The notes: generated by a model not told the origin, from the letters alone. 64,000 nt of DNA from Xylographa opegraphella (GCA_022813865.1 JALDZX010000036.1:124001-188000), one strand, 5' to 3'. Shown: positions 47,535 through 61,600, counted from the first letter of the stretch. A program made the numbers and translations.

Positions 47535-50445
47535 TTACAAGGCCCTCCTCCCCACTTTGGCCAGATCTGCATATGCACTTTCCACCGCTCTCTTCATCTC
47601 TTTGAAGCTGACCACAATACACACTTGATCATCCCTCGTTGTGAGAACGATCTTCTCCTCGGAGCCTGCGTCTAGCTTGTTCAGACATCCTATCACGTGT
47701 CCCAGATCAAGTGTAGGACTTCCTTGTGCGTCCACCTGGTGGAACACGTAGTCTCTGAAGAGTTTGATGGGCCAGCGTTCTCCAGTCTCTGCCCACTGAT
47801 GGCTGTATTCTGGGCGTTCGAGGATGAAGTTGAACTTTGTCATCAGACGCACAAGGCGAGAATTCTCGAGCTCACGGTTGAGGGTAGAGGTGAGCTCATC
47901 ATCGTGATGAAGGGCAAAGTCGAACGTAGACATAAGTTGAGATTCTAGGCCTACAAGGAAATTATCGATGCTGTCGATCTTCCCAGCGCCCAACCCCAGA
48001 AGGCCTAGGATCTTCTCTTTCAGCTGTGTACTATATGAGCGGGTAAACTGGTCAATGGCTTTGGAAAGACTATGGTTAACGGTTGAGTTATTGGTGCCAA
48101 TAGCGAGAAGGAGGCGCCCGAATTGGACAAGGTCTTCACGTTGAAGCTCAACCACGCTTCGATTGCTGTCATGCTGGACAACATCAAGAATTGCGCATGC
48201 ATTTAGGCGGATTCGATTCTTGCTTGTGACCAAGATCTTAGTAGCATCAATAACTCTGGCAGCTAAGCCAGCGCTATGAATGGTCTTTAAAGCATTCGCA
48301 ACCTGAATAGTGTAGCCCCACAAGACCTGCTCATTGACACGTACATCTTGAACGCGATTATTGAATCGGGCAGATGAGTTAAAGTGGGTTTCAGCGAGAG
48401 TTTTGGAGCAGGGGTGGTAATCAGTGATAAATATCAATGAACTGTCACCAAAACTCCGGTTGGTGAAAGCATCAATCACGGTTACAACGTTGCCGCTGAT
48501 TACACGTTTCCAACTCTGCACTGAGCGGATCGCTTTCTCGTTCGTGAGACGATAACCTGAAGCAGCGTTAATTGTAAGCAGGTATACAACAATTATATAC
48601 GCCAAGCATTACCTTCCAGTCTCCGTAGAGCGTAAGTATTTCCATCCTTGCTGGAGACAGCCTTGTAGATCCAACTTGGATATCCAAAAATAGTCGCATT
48701 TTTCTGGCTATTGGTATCTAGAGGCACCAAGGAATGAAAGTGGTCAATTTGTGGAGGTAAGGTAGAGTCTAAACACAGTCCGTCAGTCTCACCAACAGCT
48801 TCAAAATCATAGGATGAATTCACATACTTGGTAAAGTTTGTAAAGTGGTTGCAGACTTGCGCTGCAGCTCCTCTCGGAGAGCATCCGGAATGAAGAAATC
48901 GTGTGCGGCCTTTTGATATGGTAGTAGCGCTTCACGATGCGGACCAAGTGAAGTGTAAAGATGATATTGAACTGGTTGCGCGAAAGAGGAAGCCTGATAG
49001 TAGGATGTACTGCCGTTTGGATTAGAATCCTGAGTATACGGATTCAATTGTGATGTTTGAGCTGGAGTGGCCATAGAGGATGGTGGCGTTACATATGGAT
49101 CATACAATGGCTGACTGAGGCCACCTGTGGTTTCTACCTGTATTGACAATTGAGCTGGGTTCAATTGAGTAGAAGTATGTCTGGAAGAAAATTGATGTGA
49201 ACGGATTTTCTTGGCATGCTCAGAAAGATCATGAAATGGAGACAAGGACACTCCCGAATGCTCTGGTGGGTAGTTGTGGTTCACGCGATTATAGAATCCA
49301 TCTGTATCGGGTGGTGAGTACACTGGAATAGCTAAACTCTCCTTGTGAGTGCAACAATGATCGTGGGATGGGACGAATGGCTTGGCATCCATACTCATAG
49401 ACTTCGAGTGCTTCAAAGGTCGAATAGAGGATGCAGGAACCGTTGACTGGTGAAAACCGATTTTGACAACAGCATTGTCAGATAGATTGACCTTTGCGAA
49501 CTTCCTATATCGGGCTGTCCTCGTCCATGGATTGCTTGACTTCGGTGACCATGATCCTGGGGTCGGAGGTCGCGTCGGACGTAGTACTTGAGGCGATATC
49601 CGGTTTTGGGCATTTGACAGGGCCTTGGTCTCCATATGTGGAAAGTATGAAGTGAGATAGTAATATAAACTGAGATGTGCAACATGACGGTATGAACGAA
49701 AAGAGAGATTCCAGCACTTACCATGGTGGATTGCACTGTTTGCGAATGAGGAAGGAACTCCTGAACGTCCTGGGAAGCTCCCATCGCCCAGTCAGGTGCA
49801 GTTGGGTTGTACTGTTTCTTTTGCAAGAAGGAAGAATCAGAGTCTGAAAGTTGATCAATCAGCTTAATTAAGAACCGTCATATAGGTCGCTTCACTTGAG
49901 TTCAGTCCCTTGGGCTGAAAGGGGGCGGCGTTTGCCGCCTTAGGTGATAATCCAGTGATCTTTGTGGAGCCATTAATGGAAAGAGATGTAGCGTTGAGTG
50001 AGGCCGGTGTAAAACTGGGAGAATCTACATTCAATCTCTTCTTCGTACTGGAAATGCAGGAGAACAGTAAGCTGCGTTCCACATCATAGACTACCGCGTT
50101 ATTCAACCAGACCTTTCTGCCGGCGGTCCTTGCAGCTTCACAGGCTCATGGTTAAACGCACAGCCTTCATACGCCCATTAGCTTCCATTTATGGAGCTCC
50201 AGCGTCGCATGTTACCTTTGTCCTCATACCGGCAATGGCCATAGATGGTCACATTTCTGCAAAGTGTGTCTTTCGCGTTTTCTGTTCACGGGTATAGCAT
50301 GAGCCTCCATGCAGCATTTCGGAGACGGTGAAGCTGTAACTGCCCGTCCCATCTGGTCCATTTTAGACATACCACGGCCCTTGGGCCTAGGTGATAGAGC
50401 GGCCCGCCGCGCATCATCTGTATTTCCCCGTGTAACTGCCGCCAT
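47535..50445 (-). CDS. PAN3: PAN2-PAN3 deadenylase subunit Pan3 (multi-exon)
   Basis: CCCH finger TLCRNVTIYGHCRYEDKGCAFNH; PAM2-like LNVDSPSFTP and AANAAPFQP; pseudokinase; C-terminus ELENSRLVRLMTKFNFILERPEY..WAETGERW..KLFRDYVFHQVD..CLNKLDAG. Confidence 0.96.
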
Positions 50446-50874
50446 TGCAAGGTGGTCATATCATGTGATAGCCATTGGGCAACAGGTTGAAGGCGAATGT
50501 ACTATTGCAGTGAGACCGTGGCCCGAGCAGTTGTGGACCGGAGACTTACGGTGGACTCGAGTTTGAATCAGATCATGGTTTCTGCTCAGCAACCCACCGA
50601 AGAGTATCAATACGAACACCAAAATTTGAGCCAATCATGCAATTTCTCCTCGAAATGAAACCAGGCTGAAGACTTTGACAACCAGGAAAAGGCGCGACAC
50701 AAGTAACGAAAGGTAGGTGGTGGGAAATTATGATTTCTGTGCGGAGGTCGCTTTGCCCGCGTCGCTGACCCACAGCCCACATGCTCAAATACTTTAACTT
50801 GAAGTTTATGAGCACACCACCCAAATCCTACCTTTGATGGAGCAAGATCAACCAGACTTACTCATTTTCACTCG

Positions 50875-52458
50875 ATGGCAAGTTTAGATTTTGATCTTGG
50901 GCAGCTCGACGACGCTCAGAGGGCGGCGCTACAAAGTTTTACGTCCGTCACCGATCAGGAGCTCTCCGCAGCTGTTCCACTTCTACAGAGGTCACAGTGG
51001 AACGTCCAGGTCAGTTCGTAATAGAGAAATACTCAAATATCACGCTGATATCATCTCTAGATAGCTATAGCGAAATTCTTTGATGGCGAGCTTCCTGATC
51101 CCGTAGAAGAAGCTCGAGCTGCTCTAGCTTCAAGTCCGCCTCCGCAACCAGTTGACCGTCGAGAGACTCTTCTCAATGGCTCATCGTCTTTCCCACGCTC
51201 ATCGACATCCTTAACACGCGAGCCTGCTCCTCGCATAGTCCCGCAGCCTGAAAACAGAAATCTATACCAGCCACCTGTACTACTTGCAATCCTCGTCACG
51301 CCATTCAGCTTGTTATATCAAATAATATCTGGCTCTCTCGGTCTATTCGGGTATCTGTTCCCGTTTCTACCACGGATAATATCGAGCTTAGCAAGGAGAA
51401 GTCCAGCTCGGAATTCTCGAAGAAACACAACAGGGAGGCGCCCCTTGAACCCCCGGGATACGGCTGCAAGGTTCATTAGGGAATTCGAAGAAGAATATGG
51501 TACTAACGAGCTACGTTTTTTCGAAGACGGATATACGCAGGCTTACGATTTGGCGAAAAAAGACTTGAAGTTTCTTTTGGTCGTCCTCATCTCGCCCGAA
51601 CATGATGACAACGCAACGTTCGTACGAGAGATACTTCTCTCTCCAGAAGTCCGAGCATTCCTCAATGATCCACAAAACAACATCATGCTCTGGGCAGGTT
51701 CTGTGCAAGATTCGGAAGCATACCAAGTGTCCACTGCCTTGAACTGCACCAAATTTCCCTTCGCCGCTTTGATTGTACATACGCCCCAGGACTCTTCCAC
51801 ATCAATGTCCACAGTATCAAGAATCTCTGGCCTCGTTTCTCCTCCTGCATTTATTGCAAAGCTACGAACTTCGATAACACAACAGAAGCCTGCTCTAGAC
51901 AGGGTACGAGCAACAAGAGCTGAGCAACAAGCGACCCGGAATTTGCGTCAAGAACAGGAATCGGCATATGAGAGATCACTGGCCCAAGACCGGGAGCGCA
52001 CCAGACGGCGACGGGAAGCTGAGGCAGCTAAAGTGAGGGCGGAGCAGGAGGCAAGGTCAAAGGCAGAAGAAGCCAGACGAGAGGCGCAGAAGCTCGAGGA
52101 GTGGAAGATGTGGAGATTACAGCAAATAGCTCCTGAGCCAGGTACAGACGTGAAAGACGTAACACGTATCAGTATTCGGATGCCTTCTGGAGATCGCATA
52201 GTCCGCAGATTCCCGTCTGATACAAGTCTCGAGGACCTCTATGCGTTTGTCGAATGTTATGATCTTTCGCAGAGCAATATACCAATACCCACTCTTCCCA
52301 AACCAACAGACTACAGCCACCACTACAAATTCAACATGGTCTCCCCAATGCCTAGGATGGTCTATGATCTCGACTCAGGGGGAATTGTTGGAGAGAGGAT
52401 AGGGAAGAGCGGTAACTTGATAGTTGAGCCCATCGTTGAAGAGGAGGATGAAGACTGA
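50875..52458 (+). CDS. UBA-UAS-UBX domain protein (Ubx2/FAF-like Cdc48 adaptor), 2 exons
   Basis: UBA-like AVPLLQRSQWNVQ|IAIAKFFDG, hydrophobic hairpin, UAS (FFEDGYTQAYDLAKKDLKFLLV), coiled coil (RQEQESAYERSLAQD), UBX (ISIRMPSGDRIVRRF..SPMPR). Confidence 0.92.
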
Positions 52459-53216
52459 GATCAATCGCCTTAAAGTACAGGTTGACTGCTGGGTTGAGGA
52501 TGTTGTCGGCATGAAAGGAGATGTCATGTCGACAATACCACAGGATATTGCTACGCAGTACTTTCATGTCAGATAGTGCGCGTAGAGTGAGCGGTGTTCG
52601 GTGTTGCACGATACCCTCGGCGGGGCTGCTTCTCTGTTGTAGGACTAGGGGTAATAATGAACTTCATCTCCATCAGACATGCATTGCTTTAAATCGTTCT
52701 GTAGGAAGTTGTGCCATTTCAGGAATGGTTTTTAATGGGTAGACTAGGACTAACTCCAGGCAGCCGCCCCTTGCATGACTACCTCCTGTATGTTTGTCAA
52801 ATGGCAGATGCGTCGCACTGAGTTGTATAAGGTATCTATATATATATACACAATTGCCGTGTTTCCTGTCTCGTTTTATTTGTGGCTATCCTTGAGAAGT
52901 AGAGCATCTCCACTCTCGTTTGCGCTCATACTGTGGCAATTGGTTTTCATTCTCGTCGTCTGTTTTCGAGGACTATTTACTATTATCTCCTACTAGATCT
53001 ATATATTTTATATTACACACTGTGCAGCTACTGCCTGGATTGCTGTGACGTTCGGGTCATTTGGGACAGACTAGCCAATGGAAAGACAACTTTGAACGAT
53101 CACCAATATCAGGGTTATGAATTCGGCTATAAACAACTTTCACCCTCTGAGTTGTTCTATCACTTTCTGAACACGGTGGTCCCATCCGGGTTTCGGCATC
53201 CTTAAATTCCTTTAGC

Positions 53217-55242
53217 ATGGCCGGTCTCGCTGCCTCGCATGAGACAGCAAGCACGACTTCAACAATAGCGAGACTGGTCCGAGACATGACAGCTCTTTCT
53301 GTTCAACGAGAGCATGCTTGCAAGAAGAGTATCCACCGACTCGATCTGCTTCCAAAAGAGATTCTCCACCCGATACTTGATCTGGTGTACCAAGATATCA
53401 CAGCCTCTCCATGCTCGTGTTCCCGATGTTTAACCCAAGATCGATCAGGAGCAACGAGAACGATTTTTTTCGATCATCGAATCATAGACACGAGAACACT
53501 TCGAAGCACATGTATCGCTTTCCATGAGTGGGCTTTGTACCGCATCACACATCCAGCTGGACATGAGCGACTGGAAATCGACTTCTCCGATCTTACAGGT
53601 CTTTGTGTACGGATAAATTGTTCGGCCAAATGCCTTTTAGGGAGACTGGTCACCGATTTTTCATTACTCGGCCCATCGTACCTGGTGCTTTACCTTGGTA
53701 ATCCTGGCAACGTTGAAAATATTCGGATGGTGAACAAAATGCTGCGAACGGCACCGCCCAATAGTGTGGAGCGAGCGTTGGTCGGAGGCCTCTCCTTCTG
53801 GAAGTCTGACACCTCCAGCAGGACTTCCAAGAGTGCTGTCTCGAAGCTTACACTAAATACCTCTTACCGACCGGTTTACCAAGATGAAAATGATGAGGAA
53901 GGTCGGCCTATGTATGTATGACACCAAAACTCTGACCGAAATTGAAGATTGTTGGACTCGAGAGCGCAACGCAGAGCTGCACATCATCGTTGATCTTTAT
54001 AGCACAATCGTCGAAGGTCTGACATCGTCTACCTATAAACAGATTCCGCTTGCGATACTGAAGGCCCACCACCCACATGCACGACCTTCGTTTGAGGTTT
54101 TCCGGCGGAAGTGTCAGCAAGTCGTTCTCCGCGAGTTCAGGGGCCTTGATGAAGGATTTGCAGCCGACTATATGCAACAGTTATACGATAGGGCAGAAGT
54201 GGAAGGGCTCTCGCATCAGCGAAAACTACTCCTTCAGCCCGTCATCACTAACATGATGTGGTCGCTCAACAAAAGACTATGGCCGACTGAGTGGAAAACA
54301 TGGCACCATAACCTTGAAAGCCTTGAAAGTCCACCAGCCAACAAAGATGTTGGTGGTCAGCACATACATTTGAGCTTGAAATCCCAGCATGAAACTGTCT
54401 ATGGCCACCGGGTTTGGCGCTTGTTGGATGACAGCGTCCTACTGACTGCTTCTACCTGCTTCTTTGCACACGTATCATCATTGACGCTAACCGGCGGCGT
54501 GGCAGATAATGTGACTCTGTTCGGGTTGCTCATTGCCTTGTCTGCTACTCCGGACAACTTGCAATCACTGACGTACTTACCTGAGATACAGGAAACCAAG
54601 ACAACTATGTCCAAGCACTCATGCTCACTGTTCAGTCATTTCAAATCACTCGTCAATGTACATTTGGGCTATTCTTTCTGTCCTGAAGCACTACAGGCCT
54701 CACGCAGCGTAGCTACCGTTACCAAATGCAAGAAGCGGTTGCTGGTTGATTGGCCAACGGTGATGCCCTGTTTGTTCTGGCGCGAACGGATGGAAAGGGA
54801 AAAGCAAATAACGAGGACCGAGATCCCAGGTAAGATTCTTGCAGTCTTGCTTGAAGGGTGTCGTTCTGCCATGTATGCCATAGACGGCCACAATTCGAAA
54901 AATATTTGATTCATGTGGGAAATATGACAACTCGCTATGGCATCTTGAGCTCGGTGTGCGGAGAGACATCCCAGTGATAAGAAGAAGCGCAACAATGAGG
55001 GGTATGATGATATGACTTTCAGACCGGGGTTGATGTTGATCTCATACACAGGCAACCTTGCTTATGAATTCATCTTCATACCTTTTTCACATCCGCCTCA
55101 GGCGTCATTTGAGGTGAAGGAGACTGGCACAAAAGTGTGGATGGTCGAGGATGACATGTTAGGGCAGTGGAAGAATGGCAAAGGCCGGCGCCTAGGTCAC
55201 TCCCTGGACGATCTTGAAGTCAGTTGGGACATTGGGCATTAG
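53217..55242 (+). CDS. Hypothetical protein with F-box-like N-terminal motif and possible LRR-like C-terminal region (multi-exon; structure uncertain)
   Basis: RLDLLPKEILHPILDLV resembles an F-box start; later VSSLTL, NLQSLTY, FKSLVNVHL. ORFs 53217-53921 and 53884-54909 can be joined by a 46-bp intron 53902-53947; the 3' exon is tentative. Confidence 0.45.
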
Positions 55243-55375
55243 AAAAGCAGAGTAATGGATTCACGAAGAAACGAGGTAACGACTGTTTCGGATAGCATCT
55301 GGTAGATACCCCTCTCGGCATTTGAGCAATAGACTTCGTGAACTAAGGTTCTGGGAGACAAAATTCTTTCAGCTG

Positions 55376-56143
55376 CTATGAGTTCACGGATCCGTCAAAA
55401 CACAATTCCTGCACAAAGACCGTCTTCTTCTCTATCGCGAGGATGTCCAATTCCATTTCCTTCACATATTCATCGTCGGCGTCTCCTTGAGCGTTCTTAC
55501 AAGCTCTCCCGCATGCGTCTGGATTGCCTCTGTGGAAAGTGATGCGGCGTGGACAAACATAGACCCTTTTCGTTGTCCAGGCAGGATGGTACTCAACTTC
55601 CACATCACTTCTAAGCCGATCCTTGACCGAATAAACGCTATCCAGCTGTCGTGCATGATACTCCGTTCTCACCACTTCGAGATAGCTCTTGTTCTTGAGC
55701 CATTTCTCCAGGTTCTCAACTCCAAAGAATCTTGCCTGTTCCAGTAGTGCGGCATAGAAACCGAAGTCGTGACCCTTCACACGATCATAGTGAATCGGGA
55801 AGACGTTGTGACGCAAATATTGCAAGACATATTTGAACAGGGAACCGTCGGCATCCACGAAGTACGAGCCATCCTCTTGCGCTTCGCGAGGCCACCGACC
55901 ACTGAGCATCTTTTCAAAATAGTGACTACCGCGTGTGAGAGTATCTGCGGTTGTTGTGAAGCGTTGCTCGCCGACTTGCAGAGTGACTTGCTGATCTGGT
56001 TGGTACACTGGCGAAGACGGATTCACACTGGAAGGAAAGCTCTCCTCGTGCGCAGAGCCTTTCTGTGAAGCTGGAGGATCTTCTAAACGGAGAAGATCGT
56101 GCGATTGTGAAAGTCCTTGGGCTTTGCGAACGTTTGAATACAT
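55376..56143 (-). CDS. BTB/POZ (KCTD/T1-type) domain protein
   Basis: VTLQVGEQRFTTTADTL..YFEKMLSGRW..DGSYFVDADGSLFKYVLQYLR..LLEQARFFGVENLEKWL; C-terminal CPRRITFH..CGRAC. Confidence 0.9.
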   Translation of the reverse strand: MYSNVRKAQGLSQSHDLLRLEDPPASQKGSAHEESFPSSVNPSSPVYQPDQQVTLQVGEQRFTTTADTLTRGSHYFEKMLSGRWPREAQEDGSYFVDADGSLFKYVLQYLRHNVFPIHYDRVKGHDFGFYAALLEQARFFGVENLEKWLKNKSYLEVVRTEYHARQLDSVYSVKDRLRSDVEVEYHPAWTTKRVYVCPRRITFHRGNPDACGRACKNAQGDADDEYVKEMELDILAIEKKTVFVQELCFDGSVNS

Positions 56144-57029
56144 AATAGCTTGTTCAGGGCAAGTTTGAGAACTCTCTGAGGAAATTATCCTAGAGATTGT
56201 CGGTCATATTCGGCTTCTCATCTAGACTAAGAGAGACGCATTCAAGAACGTCGACAAGTTGATGAACGTAAGTATTGTGCTTGCCAGTATGAAGTGAGCC
56301 TCGCACTGTTGGGTAAGTTTCAAATAACGGGGAGTGCGTGAGGTTTATAGTGTCATATAAACCTAAAATTATCATACGCACCCTACCTTTGACAAAGAAA
56401 TAGAGACCTGCTCCATGGCAAGCATGGGCAAACGGAGTAGCGGAAGTCTGCAGGAAATGGTTTCTCTTTACTTCCATGCTTCCCGGCCTCTTCTCTGTGC
56501 ACTTCACTTCATGTCTGAATCGAGCCGAGAAAAATCTATTTGATCTATTGCAGCTACCACAAGAAAAGTATAACAAAACAGGATAAGAAAAGAGAACCAT
56601 AGGTAAAGTAGGACAACGGATTTTATGGATGATAGCTATCAGACAAGCAAGAATTGGCACATTCAGAACGAAGCTTGTCCAGAATCAATAGGCGGATCGT
56701 CATGCATTTGGGCGATTACACGAATCCCGAGTGTGGCAGTCCATGTACAGTAAAACCACATCCGGTATGTACCAAAGTAGCTGTGACCTATACAGCACGA
56801 GATGCAATGGGTGGAGAAGAGGCATTTTAGAACTTACGACACTTCTAAAAATATCCCAAACCCAAACGCGTGGCTAGAAGTAAACCGCCTCGGCCCCGGC
56901 CGCGTCTTCGCCCCGCCAGCCGCGACGCCGTGCGCAATAGGGCTGAGAGGATCAAGCTGTCCACACAGGACAGATTGAAAGAATCTCCATTTCTGCACGA
57001 CTGCTGCACCCTGGCTGAAAGGGATCACG

Positions 57030-58619
57030 ATGAAGCGATTGACGGGCCTTTTGAACAGGCAGAAAAGTAAGGCCCCCGGAAGCACGGTGCACTCCCCATC
57101 ACCCAAGGCGCAAAGCTCACTTTCTTTCCAGGTTCGACCGGCGGCGGCATTGCCAATGGCGATTCTCCGGAAGCAAACGTCGTACGAGGAGTGGTCAGTG
57201 GTTATTGTGGTCTATACTCTGTCGCCCGTCGTGCTGATATAGGTCCCAGCGGCTTTTCTGTGAATCCGGAGCTCCAAACAACTCCGTAAGGGCTCTCGCC
57301 CTCCATACACAAAAGGCAAGCAAAGCTTACGATGCCATCAGGAGGAAGAAGTCCTGCACCTCCCGGTGATTGTGGACGCCGCCGAATCAAGTCCTGCTGC
57401 TGCCAAGGAAGCCGCGAACGTGATCCGGAAGTTCTTGTCGAAGGAGAACTTCTCGAGGGCGTATGTACAATACAATGCCATCATGCTTGTTCGCATCCTG
57501 GCCGAGAATCCGGGGAAGACCTTTACGAAGCACTTGGACGGGAAGTTCGTCGTGACCACGAAAGAGCTGCTGAGAGACGGGAGGGATATGAGCGTGCAGC
57601 AAATCCTACGGGAGACCTTGGACGACTTTCAGATCCAGAAAAGCCTGGATGAGACCCTACAACCCCTGATCACGATGTGGCAGAACGAGAAGGCGAAGAT
57701 GGCCAAAAGAGGCGGGTTTCAGAACACGGAGGTAAGCTCAGGACATCCTCACGCTGAACGGGACCGCTTATCAGGACAGCCGATGCCACGACAGATGAAC
57801 GCCCCTCCCTTTAACCCCAACCAGCCATACCCCCCCAACGACTTCAACCCCAACCAAGCCAACTACTTCTCTCGCAACCACAGCCGATCACGAGGCCTGC
57901 CGCCGCCGCACGAACTCGCGTCGCGTATCGAGGAAGCCAAAACATCCAGCAAGCTCCTCCTCCAAGTCGTGCAATCCACGCCGCCGAACGAGATCCTCGG
58001 CAACGAGCTCATCAAAGAGTTCTCGGAGCGGTGCCAATCCGCATCACGGTCGATACAGGGCTACATTAACTCCGACAACCCGGCCCCGGACGAGGACACC
58101 CTGCTCACGCTCATCGAAACCAACGACCAGCTCTCCATGGCCATGTCCAAGCACCAGCGCGCCGTGCTGCAAGCCCGCAAGGTGACCGGCCAGATAACCC
58201 CCGACCCGCCCGCCGTGCCGCCACGGGACGCCCCTCCGCAGAACACATACCCGTTCCCTGCTCAAGACACCTACCTCTCCAGTGCCAGACAAGCTCCAGA
58301 TGCTCCAGCAGTAGCGCCTCCAGGCCCTCCACCCCGAATAGCCGTACCTCAACGCCCGCGGCCCCCTGATAACCCCTTCGACGACAGCAACCACACCCCA
58401 GCGCAGCCCGGCACCAACGGGACATCACTCCCCGCACAACCAACCGGTACCCAGCCGAGCGCCTACAAAGCCTACAACCCTGCATACCAAGCCGCACCGA
58501 ACTACGCCAATAGACAAGGCACCTCTGCGAACAACGTCACGATGCACGGCGCCGCAGCGGAGGACGACGAGGCGGAGAGCCCGGATGAAGTACGCGGACC
58601 GGTGCAGTACCGGTTCTGA
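57030..58619 (+). CDS. VHS-like/GAT domain endosomal sorting protein (Lsb5/TOM1-like), multi-exon
   Basis: EEVLHLPVIVDAAESSPAAAKEAA..QYNAIMLVRILAENPG; GAT LPPPHELASRIEEAKTSSKLLLQ..EFSERCQSASRSIQGYI..DEDTLLTLIETNDQL; NPF motif (DNPFDD). Confidence 0.85.
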
Positions 58620-61600
58620 GACGGATAGATACGAACTGTATGGAAGCACGGAATAGATATGGGATGGCATGGTAGATTTCGGGGTAGTGTAGCTAAGATA
58701 CCATTTTTGCATAGTGTGTTGGCTTGGTGGAGTACGAGATTTGTATAACTGTCTTCTGTTCGGTAGATAGCGAACTCGCAGAATGCGCGTAATTCAGTTG
58801 TGACGAGGCTTCTATGTCTGTTCATTTCTTTCCATATCCACTATCTATGGTCGCGGTCAGACTGATAAAGTTGGGGTCGATCGTGATAAGCGATCAGGTC
58901 TTCTAAACACTATGGCTAGCTATACCTTTCTTATAGTCCATCTTCGTTCGAGGGGCAGTGTTCTGGTTGCATGTCCGAATTTGAGTCCGTCCATTTGGCG
59001 AAATCGGTAAGCCCCTATCGTGTTCTCCAAGAATTGTATCAGTTTCGACTGTAGAAGTGATGGTCAATGCCAGAATTTTCGAGGCTGTACGACGGGGTTA
59101 TCCGATTGCAGTGGGCATTTGGTTGAGGCATATCGGTTCGGATCAACCATCTGTGCAACAACGACCTGTGAGCATTCGGAGATCATGCTGTTTCCACAGT
59201 GGAGTAACGAAGAGGAGCTCGATTTTAGCTCCAGTAACAGGGACCCTATTTCTGGCGACGTCGCTATCCACGACTTGTTGGGCCATCCGAGGTCAGGAAG
59301 GTTCGGTTGATGAGTTTGTCAGTGTTAATGTTATGATGTAAACAACGATTCTGGATCCAGAAATGGATAGGAAACCCTGTCCGAGTAGGTAGTCATGATT
59401 CTGCAACTGTCAGAACAGTCGACACTCTTGCCTTTCATCAGCTTGCTCTTGATACCCCCTGCTGCGATGGTATACCGATGTCTGCATGTTGACCGTTGAT
59501 GAACCGACAAGGCAGACTTCCGAAACACATCATAGTCCGCCACCGACACGTTGACAGGCCAGCTCCAAGATCACTGAGCTGTCTCTTGTCAGGATCAGGA
59601 GAACCAATTTCCACAAACAAGATCCAGTGCCTTGCTCTAAATCCCTCGGGCAAGTCTTCGCCCTGAAGACTGTGGCCTAGGAGGTCATTCCCCGTATAGA
59701 ACGTAGCCGAAACGTGCATCTGTTAAGTTGAAAATTTCTATTGGATACTAGTTTAAATTATTACCGTTACAAGCAGTAAGCATTGGAGAGCTCTCCTGGC
59801 CATCGTATCGAGAGCCCGATACCTTTCGTTCAAAAAATACAACGACGTAGGAGGTAATACTGCAATGATAGACAATCTACACATAAAACAAAACAACAAA
59901 CCCCCTCATAGTCGGTCTTTACAACTTCGTCGCGATACTTGAAACATTCGCAAGAAGCGGTTGAGAGACGTGGATAAGAAGCTGACAACACTATATGAAA
60001 GCATTCTAATTCGATGATGAAAGTCATCACTATTGTACACTGGATTGATAGAGAATGGGTATGGAGCGGGTTTCAAAACGCTCTACGGTACTCAGCATGT
60101 CCTGCTGGATGTTCGCTGATCCAGAAAAGGATTTGGCTTCAGGGGGCGTTGCCACTAAAATTTAGGTGATATAGGTGAGACGAGCCGTTTGTCTTAGTAG
60201 GTAGATTATCTCGCAGCTCGTAAGGGCATGTTAGCACTCCCTAACTTTCTTGAAGCCGAGAACTCTGTTTGGTGTCTGCCCTTGGCCCGGCGTCTGGACA
60301 ACAGCTGCCTATCCCGCCCGATGTGGCCGTTCTCTACAAGTTCAGGAACTCAAATCCAGTGAGTTATTAGTGTGAAAGTTTGGACTACAGGAACGCTACC
60401 ACACTGTTTGACATGTGTAATCAAGTAGACGTAATGCACAACAACCAGGTGAGGGTCGCTGATGTCCGGAACACTTGTGACCTGGTGCTTTTCTTTTTTG
60501 TTGAGCTCACAATCTTGTATTGGGGGCTTGAACCGGGCATACCGTGGCCGTCGTTAGCATGTGGATCTACACTTAAGAAGTCAGCGATGCCTTGAAGTGG
60601 TAATAGACTTCTGGCATGGTGTTCCAGGCCATGCTGCACTGCGAACTACTGCAGGCATGTATGGTAGTACGGTACGCTTAAACGATTGGCAATCCGGCTT
60701 CGTTCATCTCAAATCTGAAATCTCCCGATGCAAGCGTGTCTTTCGGCACGATCTCCAGCTTTGGTTTCCTGGTACTGATCCTCGGCACGTATAGGCCGGA
60801 GCAGCTTCGCTCTTGACTTAGAATACACAGGAAACCTGGGAAAGTTGGTCGGTGGTCACGACGCCCATTATTCATGTTTCTGTTGAAGGGACTTCAACAA
60901 AGATTGTTGAACACACTGAGAACAAATATTCCAGCGGAATGACAGGCGTACTCCGTAGATTACTTGGACACCGACGTGCCGTTCAGTCCCATGTTCCTGC
61001 ATGTGATCAATGTTTGTGGGCTCAGGGCATGCGCACCGGGGCCCCCAGGCAAGTGGCAGTACGCGGCGTCGGGTCGGCAGAGCAGCGGTAAGGATTGATC
61101 GAACCACGAGGATTCAAAGAAACAAAAGCTGCATCGCATCAGCGACTGATGACCGAAAGCGATACGGTCCGTTCGACGGGCGCGCATCTGATAAGGGGAA
61201 TGGGCTTGAACCACGGGTCGCATAGGAAAGTTCTGATCCTGCGACAGAATGCACAGCCGGAGCGCTCTACGGACCGAACGTGTCCAACCACCAGGCTTCC
61301 TTCATCTCTGCTTTAGTAGGCCGCCTCGGTCGGTTGGCGAAAACGACACACTCGGTTCTAGTCCGTCCTCAGCGAGTCGCATGCCATTGCCAGCAGTTCA
61401 CATGAGCCCAGTCTTGCAGCAAACGATGGGGATGAGGTTGCCGAAGCGTGGATGTGTGGAGAAGGTTCATATGCACTTCACGGTGAACCCTGGCTATCGC
61501 CCCTGCAAGCGTGGTAGATCAAACCACTGCAAGGCAGAGGACGAGAGCAGAATCGCGTGGCTTTGCCGCTATCGTAGCTAAACCTCAGCCCATGAAGTCA

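Noticed and set aside
59020..59720. Possible degenerate gene on the minus strand (MHVSATFYTG..RHWILFVEIG)
   Set aside because: Short fragments in several frames, no recognisable family and no convincing splice path.
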